A stretch of DNA of 64,000 nucleotides from Eledone cirrhosa (GCA_964016885.1 OZ024753.1:29574001-29638000); one strand, 5' to 3'; counted from the first letter of the stretch, positions 23,801-36,690 are shown. Translations and numbers: made by a program. Notes: generated by a model not told the origin, from the sequence alone.

Positions 23801-24696
23801 CTCAATCTCTCAGGAAATTGCATTCAGAGTGCTCGCGTCTGTGACATGCTCAGCCACTTACACGTAAATCTAATGATCAGGCTGTTCCGTCGTTCGAACA
23901 ACCGGCGCATTCGTCGTCGCAACTGACGGAGGTCCAACAAAACAACAAAATAACTCAGCAGAAACTATTTTGCTCTATTCAGTGATATAATAACACAAAT
24001 AAATGTTCACACTTGGAAGAATTAATTGCTATTCTCAGCAGTCAAGTAAATTGATATACAATAAATTGTTCTCTTCATAATGATAAATATTGCTGCGTAT
24101 TAGAATTCAAATCTTTGAGTTATATATAATTAGCTGAGAAGCTATGATGAAAAAAATATTAATACATTGCCTTGCTAATTTAGAGCCGTATTTTCATGAA
24201 GACAGATTAAGATTTCATATAATTTATGGTCTTTCGTTCTAGAAAGTTCCGAAAAACTTTGTTCTTATGCTTTTATAAAACAAAAAAATAAGTGAAAATC
24301 ATTGCAACAAATAATAATTTATGGCATATTTTAAAGCTCATTTATTAAACCGGTCATAATTCAGGAGAAGTGATGTAATAGCTAGTTGCTGTTAATATTT
24401 CCACATTATATGTGTCGTAGTGTGAATATTAATAATACATTCCTAACAACTTTCACAAATCAATAAACGACAAACGATATACGAAATGTCTTCCATTTTG
24501 TTTTAACTTTAAACCGCATTACCTTGTCACACTGATTAGTAGCTGAATAAATCTTGGTGGGTATATCATGCACACATCAGACACACGTGTGTGTTTGTGT
24601 GTGTGTGTGTAAAAGGTGAACGGAAACATCAAAGCAAACAACACAGAATAATGAAGAAATATATTAGTTTAACGCTTGATATAGTAGGAAAAGAGA

Positions 24697-24730
24697 CTTT
24701 ACATTTCGGACACTAGTCCTTCATCAGAAG
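24697..24730 (-). ncRNA. Minimal type I hammerhead ribozyme-like motif
   Basis: ctt-CTGATGA-a-GGAC-tagt-GTCC-GAAA-tg-TA-aag. Confidence 0.7.
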
Positions 24731-24905
24731 GTAGAGTGAGAAATAAAAGATGAAATAGAAAGATAGAGAGTGAGAAAAAGAAGGAACTGTGTAAATCTGG
24801 TGCAAGACATATTATTTTGGATTTCGTTTGAAAGTACCGATGCATACTTTTTTTGCATATGTTTACATTTTTTGCCGATATACATCACCGGAAGCTATAA
24901 ATACG

Positions 24906-24995
<90 letters not shown>

Positions 24996-25012
24996 CTGGT
25001 TCGTAGAATCAA

Positions 25013-25108
25013 GACGTATCTGAGAACCTTGCGATTTTCAGAGTCAGGTTCGATCATCACATCGATTGTGCCTCGAGCTGGTCGCCAGAGAAACGATTGT
25101 AATACGTC
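25013..25108 (+). ncRNA. Hammerhead-like motif with variant core (CTGAGAA) and long stem II region
   Basis: Stem I gacgtat/atacgtc (7 bp), GAAA-C-gatt-G-TA, AATAAA just downstream, between (TA)n tracts. Confidence 0.55.
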
Positions 25109-25151
25109 CAATAAATTCCATTCGTCGCAACACTGATTCTCTTTTTTTTCT

Positions 25152-25185
<34 letters not shown>

Positions 25186-25186
<1 letters not shown>

Positions 25187-25378
25187 GTAATTGTTTCTAC
25201 TTTAGGCACAAGGCCAGCAATTACCCAGTGCATTACTGGTACTTTATTTTATCGACCCCGTAAGGATGAAAGGCAAAATCAACCTCGGCGGGATTTGAAC
25301 TCAGATCGTAAAGGGACGTAACTATGCTGGAAAGCATGGCGTCCGACCCTCTACCGATACTGCCAATCCACCGCCCTA
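25186..25378 (-). mobile_element. Nin-domain tRNA SINE
   Basis: Matches the 21267 copy; further copies at 27640-27820, 31660-32030, 40090-40215, 41220-41400 (-) and 44570-44745 (+). Confidence 0.85.
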
Positions 25379-25825
25379 TTACTATTATATATAATAGTAA
25401 TAAACGAAAGATATATACTTTATATCATCTCCTTTGAATGAAATAAATAGAGATAATCTAAAGTAATATCTTTCGTTTATTACTATTATTATTATAATAA
25501 TACTCCGGATAAATATATATCGTTGAGTGCTTGGCATCTGTTATATAAAAGAGTCGGTTGATTACAAATCAACTAACTCTTTTCTCATTGATTAAGTTAT
25601 ATATATATAGGAATTAATAAAGTAATATGATGAGTCCTATGTAGTTCTAGATAAATAGTAAATATTTTTAATTTGTTATTTTCAGACGTAATTATTTATA
25701 TATATGCCTAACTTTAAGACTGTCTTCTTTTTTTTTTCTTTTCTTTCCTTTTTACAGATAAATCTGTCGAAGTAAAATATTAAAAGCGAAAATACGGACA
25801 GAAAAGGGAAACAGAGGTCAACGAA

Positions 25826-26173
25826 ATGGAGAAAGACGCTGGTACAGTGTCAGTGGATGTGAACCAATCAGCTGCAACTTATGAATCACTGGTTACACCA
25901 TCAGCAGCCACATATGAATCACTCATAACACCGGATCGAGTCGAACGACCTGATCACATTCCCGTATTTGCCGAAGACGAAGACGGATATTACCGAGGCA
26001 AAAACAAATTCAACGCACACAAAAAATACGTGCCCAAGATATCATACAGACATTTTTCCTTGCCCTTTCGCCGACGGGAACTTGTCGTCCTCTGTTCAGG
26101 ATGTCTGCTCATGTGCATTGCACTGGCACTGATAGTGACGGGAGCCATACGAGTACACGGCTGTAGTTGTCCG
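25826..26173 (+). CDS. Coding exon 1 of a type II membrane F-type lectin-domain protein (cytoplasmic tail and TM); join 25826-26173, 27033-27126, 27959-28093, 31492-31581, 34504-34633, 36470-36554, about 293 aa
   Basis: Acceptor tttacag at 25757 upstream of ATG; YESL twice; RRR followed by hydrophobic LVVLCSGCLLMCIALALIVTGAI; phase-0 donor ccg|gtaggg. Confidence 0.8.
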
Positions 26174-26354
26174 GTAGGGGGAGCCATTGCATATCTAGTC
26201 ACGGTATTGTAGTTGCCCATGTGAGTCAGATAGCTATCTTTGGTTGAATGGATGGATGAATGAATGACTGGATGACTGATATCTTGATATATTCGTAGAA
26301 ATGATATTGAAACCGCGTTTCGCCGTTTGTTAACCCTTGTTTATTTGTGTATTT

Positions 26355-26395
<41 letters not shown>

Positions 26396-26532
26396 TTTCT
26401 TTCAACTCGACATTAATCATAACACGATTTGATTTCTAATCAATTGTAGAATATTATCAGTGAATAAATGATTCGATAAAAGGAATTAAAATTATGTTTG
26501 AGACCTTCATGTATGTTTAGATGTCATGTGTG

Positions 26533-26578
<46 letters not shown>

Positions 26579-26867
26579 AATATTATATATGCGCACATAC
26601 ATAAATATATATATATATATATATACTGGCAACTCATTTATATCAAATAAATTAGATAAATTGTAACCAATACTCCGGAGTACACAGACCTACATATATA
26701 CTTCGTCGAGTGCTCTATCCTGCATACACTAGTGTTAGTTGATTAACTAACACAAAATATATCAAATATATATATATATACATATATATATAGTTGAAAA
26801 TGAACGAACAAAAGAAAGGAGGCAATTGTACAGTTATATTAGGTTCACGCTTGGTGGAAGTGGAGGT

Positions 26868-26905
26868 GGTTTCAATGTTTCGGGCGGAAGTCCTTCATCA
26901 GGAAA
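26868..26905 (-). ncRNA. Minimal hammerhead ribozyme-like motif
   Basis: tttc-CTGATGA-a-GGAC-ttcc-GCCC-GAAA-ca-TT-gaaa. Confidence 0.65.
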
Positions 26906-27032
26906 GTTCGGATAGGGGAAGAACGGGAATTCCGAGGAGGAATAAGAGGGGGGGGTAGTAAGGAAGATTTGTGTATATTATTAATATATATGTATGCATG
27001 TATGTATATATGTGTATCATTCTTTTATATAG

Positions 27033-27126
27033 GATTTCATGAAATGCTTCGGCGGAAGCGATATGCCCTCCTATTCAGAAGATGATATACATTTGATACC
27101 ATTACGGAATCTTCGGAATCTTACAG
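27033..27126 (+). CDS. F-type lectin gene exon 2 (stalk: DFMKCFGGSDMPSYSEDDIHLIPLRNLRNLT)
   Basis: tcttttatatag acceptor, ag|gttagt donor, phase 0 to 1, open frame. Confidence 0.75.
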
Positions 27127-27958
27127 GTTAGTAAAACATTGAAAATTCATTCTCACTAGTTTAATATTCTTACATTTTCCAGCTTTGTTGAAAATATAGT
27201 TTATTTAACAAATATAAAATTTCAGTTTCATTTGAACTCGCTTTGATCGATCGACAAGATCCCAGACCTCATTCGCTCGCCAAGTGGCGTAGACCTCGTC
27301 AAATCGGACCAAGGAAACAATGTTTCCATTGGTCTTTCCATTGATGATACTATCTACCGGTTGCAACTCCTCGCAGAAGGAGCAACGTGAGATAAAGTGT
27401 CTTGCTCAAGGGCACAACGCATCACCCGGTCCGAGAATTTAACTCGCAACCTCACGATTGCGAAACTAACTCTCTAACTACTAAGCCATGCACCTTCGTC
27501 AAAAATTCATTCATGTTCAATCGCCAAGTCAATAATAGGATATAAGAGAATGTCCTAATAAAGAACAGTAACAGCATGAATGATAATATGATTTATGTCA
27601 CCGAAAGATAATCATTTATATTGTATTTCCTTATATATAAAATTGTTTCTACTTTTGGCACAAGGCCAGTAATTACCCCAGTACATTACTGGTGCTTTAT
27701 TTTATCGACCCCGTAAGGATGATAGGCAAAGTTAACCTCGGCGGGATTTGAACTCAAACGTAAAGCTCCATAACTCTATGCTGCAAAGCATGGTGTCTGA
27801 CGCTCTACCGATACTGCCAAAATGTGAGGAATATCTTTCTTAGAAAGAAATATACATATTTAGAGACCAACCTTATACATTCGCTGTTAGTCTCGTTTTC
27901 ATTAACTATATTGTTATGGCATAGATAATACATCATTACTATATGTTTTTTCTACTAG

Positions 27959-28093
27959 GCAGCACCTTAATGGACTTCAACTATGCGCTGGAAAAACCTT
28001 GTAGGCAGTCTTCAACTGGTGGAAACAATGGTACCATGGAAGGTGATTCCAGTTATGCAGTAGATGGAGATTTTAAGACCTGTTCACGAACTG
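27959..28093 (+). CDS. F-type lectin gene exon 3 (NYALEKPCRQSST...SSYAVDGDFKTCSRT)
   Basis: FTP N-terminal pattern N-x-AL-x-KP-x2-QSST and AVDG; phase 1 to 1. Confidence 0.9.
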
Positions 28094-29319
28094 GTAATAT
28101 ATTTCACACTATACCGTATTTTACCTGCATGGTAAATAATCTGAGTTAGATACTACGTTCCTGCAAAGACAATTTTGTACATTTTATTTTCTCCCGTGAC
28201 TAAGTGATTGAAAATAACATTGATCCCCACGCCTCTGTTCCTATGGATAGAGCACATTGTCCTCCAGCTTTTGGGTGTATATTGGAGTCTTTTAAGAATA
28301 CTTTACCGGTTTCACAGTTCTTATGATTATCAAAAGTAAAATCTGTTGTGGTGTGTCTAGCATCTAACTGGAGTTTAAATAATTCTTTCTGTTTTATACA
28401 GAAAAAAAGTGTCTTATTTCTGTTTTATACAGAAAAAAAGTGGCTTATTTCTGTTTTATACAGAAAAAAAGTGACCTATTTGTTTAAAATGCAATTTTGT
28501 TGGTCGATGACTGTCATCAGCCAACAAAACTGCATTTTGCTTTGCTCTTTCGCCTTCTTTCTTTCTCTCTGGTTAAAAGGTATATATTTCATGGTCAAAT
28601 ACATGGTGGGCAAAAGCGGTGCTAAATGTCACTTTCAGTTATAAGCACTCAAATAATCTCAAACAGCAATCGATTCCATATGCATGCTAAATCTTTTTCA
28701 GAAACTCTCATACTTAGCCTATAACTTTCCTATTTTTTTTCTGTGTCTTATACACACACCCAGAGAGGACCACATGTGTGTGCACTCAAGTTATTGATGC
28801 ACATTCACTAATTCCTACATACATGCAGATACAATCAGTCTTCTACTAACTGATATAAATAGAAACGTTCTCACTGAAATACAACTGCCATATCACTCGT
28901 TTCTATTTTTGAATTACTGAAGTACATAATCTTATACGTTATTTACATACATACGTACGTGCATGCATACATACGTACATACGTATATATGTACATACAT
29001 ACATATATTTGTACATATATACATATATTTGTACATATATACATATATAAATACATAGATACATACATACATATGTACATATGTACATATGTATGTATAT
29101 ATGTACATATATATGTATGTAAGTATGTACATATGTACGTATGTATGTATGCATGTGCATATGTATGTATGTATATATGTACATATATATGTATGTATGT
29201 ATGTACATATGTACGTACATACATACTTATGTACATACGTATGTATGTACGTACATACGTATGCACATACATATATACATATGTACATAAATATGTACGC
29301 ACATACATACATACATACA

Positions 29320-29351
<32 letters not shown>

Positions 29352-29450
29352 CGTACATATACATACATATACATACATACATATACATACATATACGTAC
29401 ATACATATATACATACACACACACACATATATACATACACACACACACAC

Positions 29451-29522
<72 letters not shown>

Positions 29523-29889
29523 GGTGTGGGTGTGTGGGTGTGTGGGTGTGGGTGTGTGGGTGTGTGGGTGTGTGTGTGTGCATATGTACGTATAATAAAT
29601 GCAGACACTTCAAGAAGTTATTTTAGTTACCAGGAAAAACACAAGAACACCTGATTAAGCTGATTTGATATGCTGTGGCGTACTATGGGAACACACATAC
29701 ACACACACAGCCACATACACACACACATGTATTATATGTTGTTGTACAATAAACACATGAGAACCTCGCTAAGAAAGAACATTCTTTTTGCTATGAAAAT
29801 CATTTTTTCTCTTTTTCTTTTCTGTGCTGTGAACACGTCACAGCTATTACTGAGGCCTGTGAGAATATCAGACTGTTCTTTCAAGATTC

Positions 29890-29966
<77 letters not shown>

Positions 29967-29979
29967 TCTGTTTACCTTT

Positions 29980-30013
<34 letters not shown>

Positions 30014-30248
30014 TGTATACATATATATATATGTATGTATGTATATATATATATATATGTATATATATACATATATATATATGTATATATATACAAATAT
30101 ATATATGTATATATATACAAATATATATATGTATATATATACAAATATATATATGTATGTATGTATGTATACATATATATATATGTATGTATGTATACAT
30201 ATATATATATATGTATATATATACATATATATATATGTATATATATAC

Positions 30249-30279
<31 letters not shown>

Positions 30280-30482
30280 TGTATATATATACAAATATAT
30301 ATATATGTATGTATGTATGTATACATATATATATATGTATGTATGTATACATATATATATATATATGTGTATATATACATATATATATATGTATATATAT
30401 ACATATATATATATATACAAATATATATATGTATATATATACAAATATATATATGTATGTATGTATACATATATATATATAT

Positions 30483-30673
30483 ATAACAAATTTAATATAG
30501 AAATGACTTCTACATGACTTTAATTGTTTCATTCGAAGGAAATCATCAGGAAAGCCCTGATGATTTTCTTCAAATGAAACAGTTCTAGTCTTGTAGAAGC
30601 CATTTCTATATTAAATTTGTTGTATACACTCTACTAATGTATTGAGTACCTTACTTACTGTGGTTACCCCCGA
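30483..30673. mobile_element. Fold-back hammerhead-bearing element in (TA)n (Penelope-like terminus)
   Basis: Arms 30483-30550 and 30556-30625, CTGATGA..GAAA in each arm, one-sided tail; family copies at 51660-51811 and 58010-58058. Confidence 0.7.
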
Positions 30674-30958
30674 GTGTGTGTGTGTGTATGTGTGTGTATG
30701 TGTATGTGTGTGTATGAATGTGTGTATGTGTGAATGTGTGTATGTGTGTAAGTGTGTGTGTGTATGTATGTGTATCTGTGTGTATGTGTGTGTGTATGTA
30801 TGTATGTAAGTGTGTGTGTCTGTGTATGTGTGTGTATGAATGTGTGTATGAATGTGTGTATGTGTGGTTGTCTGTGTATGTGTGTGGGTGAGTGTGTGGG
30901 TGTGGGTGTGGGTGTATGGGTGTGGGTGTGTGTATGCGTGCGTGGGGCGTGTGTGTGT

Positions 30959-31018
<60 letters not shown>

Positions 31019-31328
31019 TGGTAAAGTGGATTATTTCTTCAAACCTGAAGGGTTCGCGTTGTTGATGACGTTCGTCAGTTTCTTGGAATTAATCTAAAAT
31101 ACGTGTGAGTCAGTGTTTGTCTGAGTTCGTGTGTGTGTGTGTTTGTGTGAGTGTTTGTGTGTTTGTGTGTGTGAGTATATGTTTGTGTGTGTGTGTGTGC
31201 GTTTGTGCGTTTGTGTGCGTGTGAGTCAGTGTTTGCATTTATGTGTGTATGTGTGTGTTTGTGTGAGTATGTGTTTGTGTATGTGTATGCGTTTGAGTTT
31301 GTGTAAGTATGCGTTTTTGTCAATGTCA

Positions 31329-31413
<85 letters not shown>

Positions 31414-31491
31414 ATATATGCATTAATAAAAATAATTAGTCTCATGTAATCAATTAAAGTTAATTGAAGACTTTTGTGTTGATATTTTTAG

Positions 31492-31581
31492 ATGTTGAAC
31501 ATCGGCCATATTGGCAGGTGAACTTGAACAAGGTGCGGCAAATACGTAAAGTTATTCTAATAAGCAAAGACACTCACACGT
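31492..31581 (+). CDS. F-type lectin gene exon 4 (DVEHRPYWQVNLNKVRQIRKVILISKDTHT)
   Basis: PYWQVNL corresponds to the FTP PWWxVDL motif; phase 1 to 1; GT-AG sites. Confidence 0.88.
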
Positions 31582-33579
31582 GTACGTATGTCTTTTAATA
31601 TAATGCTTTCTCATTTAGACACCACAAGACCAACATTTTTTTTTTTTTGTGTGAGGAGTGGAAAGCCGATTAAATCGACCCCAATGCATTACTGGTACTT
31701 TATTTTATCGACCCCCGTAAGGATGAAAAGCAAAGCTAACCTCGGCATGATTTGAACTCAGATCGTAAAGGGCCGTAACTCTGCGCCATAAAGCATGTTG
31801 TCCGACGCTCCACCGATACTGCCACCGCCCTAATAATAATGGTTTCTACTATAGACACAAGGCCAGCAATTTTGGGGGGAGGGGAAGTCGATTAAATCGA
31901 CCCCAGTGTGTTACTGGTACTTTATTGTATCGACCCCCGTAAGGATGAAAGACAAAGCTAACTTTGGCAGGATTTGAACTCAGATAGTAAAGGGCCGTAA
32001 CTCTATGCCATAAAACATGTTGTCTAAAGCTCTATGGAACATGAATGATAATGTCATCCTAATGAATCAAGATTCCAGGAATATTGGCTAATATCATTAC
32101 CATGAATTTCTGGGAAATGGTGCTGGACATTTACAAACCCATTTTAATCTATTTAACCATGTACAGGGCTGTAACTCTATACCACAAAGCATGTTGTCCG
32201 ACGCTCCACCGATTCCGCCAATCCTCGGCCTTTATGTCTTTTAATATATTACCATCAGTGTAGCAACCAACACCATCAGTACCAATATTATCACCAGTAC
32301 CCTTTCATCATCATTATCAGTAGCTGCATCAGAATAATTCACAGCCAATGCCATTCGATAGATAGTGATCAATGAATTAAGTATTCGATTAAAGCAAGTA
32401 CTGGGATCAGTGTGATTAGCTCTTAAAAGCCCAGCCATGGCCGGAATCAATGACTGAAATCAGTAACGTTATAAAATAATTAAAAAATCAATAGATGGCA
32501 AATTATGATAAAACAATAAAAATCGTTTTTTTTTTTAAATTCGAAAACAAAATGTTTGCGAGACAGATTCAGTCTTGCTTGATAATATTTTAAAACCTAA
32601 TAACTCTGCCTTGGTATGTTATGGCTTAGGACAAAATACTTTGTACCAGTTAACTATGTGAATCACCCTAATCGATATCTGGTCGTGTGTCTATGATAAA
32701 AATCCTTAATTAAAATATCCCAGGGTGGAATCTTGGCAAAATGATTGTATTTAGTAATATCACTTTAGTTTCTGAGAATAATTCTCTCCTGTGTCGACTG
32801 TCTATTATCTTTCTAGATTTGAATAAAATAGTGGTTGGTTATGTTTTTTCGTGTGAAAGCGAACTATAGACTTATGAACAAGCCAATTCTAACGGAGACT
32901 ATCATCCCATATTTTGTATATCGTGGAGTATATTTTTCTATGAATTCTTTATTTTTAAGACTGCTGGGTTTACGTTAAGGGTTGTATGGTTGATGCCTCT
33001 ATTTACTTGAGCGAACACAGAGAGGTTTGCTGATATACCAGTTAAGTAATGAGGTCGATCAAGTCACCTATACCTCTCTTTTTATGCCAAAGAATCTGAC
33101 CTTGTGCCTATTTTAGAAATCAATATTTCAAAGCATGTTTCAAATCTTTGACTTCAAAAGGCCGCTTTTTTCTATCATAATAACAAATCGATATTTGGAA
33201 CAAATATTAAAAAGAACTCGCGTTATTGTTTTGTTTTATTCTTTAACAAATATTAAAATAATGTTTGGAAGAAATACAATAGATTCGCTTTTGGGGAATT
33301 TGTATGTTATAGCTTTAAAAATAAACTGTTGCCATATTACAGGAAGTGAGTTGACATTTCACGTTACGATTATAGTCTTAGTGTTATTTTAAAACAATAT
33401 TAATTCAAAGAAAAACAAATTGAATTCATGAAGAACGAAGTCTTTAAAAAAAAGCACAGGAAACATTAAAGTCAAACGTCATTCTATTTAATTTATTTAT
33501 TAATAAATTTGTCTTTTCGTTATTTGACATTGTTCTAGAAAATATCGTTTTCTTTTGAGGAAATAAAATATCACGATTA

Positions 33580-33755
33580 TGTTTAAGATGAGTGTGGAGG
33601 CACATCGGTGCAAGTCCGCCATTGTGCACCGAAGCCGCGTGACGGCCAGCACGTGGGCCCCCAATTGCTGATAATAGTGAGAGATGGGGAGAGCGGGAGA
33701 GACGGAGGCATTGGCAGTGGGAGTTTGGTTCCTTTGTGTTTCGGACCTGGTGTAT
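33580..33755 (+). mobile_element. Short element homologous to the CRE 3'UTR
   Basis: Aligns with 20265-20355 and 45695-45780. Confidence 0.55.
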
Positions 33756-33986
33756 ATATGTGTATAATAACGGGGACACACTCACGCTGGGTCTACTTGA
33801 ACAGTATCAATCTTAACGTTAAATCATAAAAGTGATTATCTGGAGACTATAATAAACATTAAACCTCAACTATTCCATACAAATCATTGCTTAAAATTAT
33901 TCATGTCATACAGAATATGATTATTATTTCCATCAACATGATTAAATGCCTCTACTTGTGTTTACACTCGTACATACAAGCATGTA

Positions 33987-34068
<82 letters not shown>

Positions 34069-34089
34069 TATATATATATATATATATGA

Positions 34090-34332
34090 CAAGTAAGTAT
34101 GTTTTGAAACAGTGAGCAGGTTTGAAATTAGAAATAGAATAGCTTTCACCGTATTTTTTTGACTAAAGAAATTTTAGTCTGATAATGGGGTTTAGAACCC
34201 TCAGGTAAATGGAAAAAGGAGTATTGATGTACGTACATCAATACTCATCTTTTTCCATTTATCTGAGGGTTCTAAACCCCATTATCAGACTAAAATTTCT
34301 TTAGTCAAAAAAATACGGTGAAATCTATTCTA

Positions 34333-34340
<8 letters not shown>
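34090..34340. mobile_element. Fold-back element in (TA)n, same family as 3725-3995, opposite orientation
   Basis: Near-perfect arms around gatgtacgtacatc; tail on the left. Confidence 0.75.
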
Positions 34341-34394
<54 letters not shown>

Positions 34395-34503
34395 ATTATT
34401 ATATATATATATATGTATATAGTGGAAACCAATTTGTGACCCAGTACAGCCATTTCTTAGAATCTAAATATATATATTTATAGTGAGTTATTGACTGTTT
34501 CAG

Positions 34504-34633
34504 CTCCCCAAAGATTCGACGTTCACGTTGGAACCAGTCCGAATGTAACCGAGAACCAAGTGTGTAAACGCTACCATAGTGTCCCATCAACTCCACTGGC
34601 AACGATATTCTGTGAAGAAGATTTAAGTGGAAA
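34504..34633 (+). CDS. F-type lectin gene exon 5 (PQRFDVHVGTSPNVTENQVC...TIFCEEDLSG)
   Basis: tgtttcag acceptor, aa|gtaaga donor, phase 1 to 2; fits the FTP V-x-VG..N..C..C pattern. Confidence 0.88.
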
Positions 34634-35416
34634 GTAAGAATTTTTACCATTTTATTTAATTCTATCTTTAGTATAACAAAAAAAAGTAACCCCTATTTTC
34701 TCTACTTATTTTTTGTTCTTTTGTCTATATCACAGAACTTTTCCTTCCTAGCAACAATGCTCATTTCTAGAATCAGATTTTACCGAGTTTGGGGAGATAT
34801 TTTGTTGTTCTTTTTTATTAATGAAAGCTTTTCTATCGCCCTATCAAACTTAGTTCCTATCTGAGGAACAATTCTACATATTTCTAAAGGAGCAGCAGGT
34901 ATTATCGAAGTCAGTGCTTAACTTGTTCTTATTTTATTAATCACGGGATGATGAAATGTTCAATAAAGCACGGCCCGTATTGAATAAAGAACGTAAGGGA
35001 TCGCAACTAAATACAGAATTGGGTTTTTTTGAGATGTAGAAAAAAAACACTAGCAGGATACAATCTGGTTTGAAAACGTTTAAAGTGAATTACAACTGTT
35101 GACTGGAAATGTGTAGTTGGGGAAGGGGTTCCATTAGACAAGTCTACAAAGTTTGGGACACAAACACATATATAGCGTAATCTGTCCACATCTTGACCCC
35201 TGGATAACACTTAACGGTCGAATTCTGGGTTACCTCCTTTTTGGCGTAAACAAGTCTATGCGTGGGCGATCTCTCGAGGCAGGGGACAGAGGAAGCGACA
35301 GATATAAATAGCCTGCTCGGACCAAGCAAAGGCAGTTCTGAGCAGTTCTTGAGAGAGAATAACAATGTAAAACATTTTGCTTTCTACAGATCCCTTGGGG
35401 CTACAGACTTCTACAG

Positions 35417-35481
<65 letters not shown>

Positions 35482-35704
35482 GGTCTTACAGGCACTCACC
35501 TTTTCTGGCCACAGACTATTTCACTCTAACAGCAAAAACATCGTCAACCTTTATAACTTTTACTGTTCCATTAATGGATTCAACATCGTGTGTAAACAGA
35601 CATTGTCTGAATGTATTGTCTGATCTTCACAACACAAACAATAATTCTATATATATATAATAATTCAACACAAACAATAATTATATATATATATATATAT
35701 ATAC

Positions 35705-35762
<58 letters not shown>

Positions 35763-35804
35763 TAATAAAATAATAGAAGGGTGTAAATCCTTGAAAGGTT
35801 TATT

Positions 35805-35852
35805 ATACTATGATCATTTCAATGACCGGGTTCCGTATGAATCATCAGGTAT
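35805..35852 (-). ncRNA. Hammerhead ribozyme-like motif
   Basis: atac-CTGATGA-...-GAAA-TGATCA-TA-gtat then AATAAA; palindromic loop III. Confidence 0.6.
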
Positions 35853-36469
35853 TCGAAATATAATAAATGAATGTAACAGATAAAATCCATGGGGCTGAAA
35901 ATCATAGACCCGAGGACGACCGACCATCTAGCGTTTTCCACTTTAGCCGGTCGCCCTTATATATATACATATATATATAATCGTATTTAAGACTATTCAA
36001 CAGAATTCGTAATATAATCGGCGTGTCTCCCTACAACCCCAAAGAACAGAATGGAGAGTAGTAACTTAGTCTTTGTTCATTTATTAACTGAAGTGAAGTC
36101 AATTTTGTATCAAAACGAAACCATCTATTTTGTGTTATTTCACCTCTATAATGAACCCGCCAGTATCTAAGACACAAGTTCTCATTTAAGCCTCTTTCAT
36201 CAGCCCTCTCTCTCTCCTTCGCAACCTCTAACTCTGACAGAGTTTCAACTTGGAACAATAAAATATGCCACAAGGTATCAATATGAGATATATGAACCAT
36301 CTCACAACATTTACTAGCTTTGCTTCACTTCACACACACCACTTAGGAACTTTGTTGTTCCAAACGTACTTCAGAGTTTCTACTGAAATACGCTGACTTC
36401 AAGTTCTATTGGACACCATTTTTCTTTTTCCATGCAAAATTCCTGACAAAGTGTTTGTTTATATTTCAG

Positions 36470-36554
36470 ATATGTTGGTATTATTTTGAACGGAACAAAC
36501 GAAAACGGAACCGGAAGTTTGGTACTATGTGAAGTGATTATCTACCAAGAGTGA
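36470..36554 (+). CDS. F-type lectin gene last coding exon ([28 protein letters not shown])
   Basis: atttcag acceptor, phase 2; FTP C-terminal G(R/K)YV...LxLCEV motif. Confidence 0.9.
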
Positions 36555-36587
36555 TACTTCCTGCAGTAAAAGATACATTAAAAGGAA

Positions 36588-36626
<39 letters not shown>

Positions 36627-36690
36627 CATGTATGTGTGTGTGTGTGAATATGTTTATGTAAATACATATACATGCGTGTATATATATATA

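Noticed and set aside
28932-31439. Long YI/CV/HT-rich ORFs (also 4330-4899, 20545-21253, 36538-39346, 43459-44189)
   Set aside because: Translations of (TA)n/(CA)n microsatellites that lack stops by composition
32817-32870. Alternative lectin exon after a ttctag acceptor
   Set aside because: Hits a stop; exon 34504-34633 fits phase and domain far better
35112-35590. Possible solo LTR (TG start, TATA-like gatataaata)
   Set aside because: No TSD or second copy found
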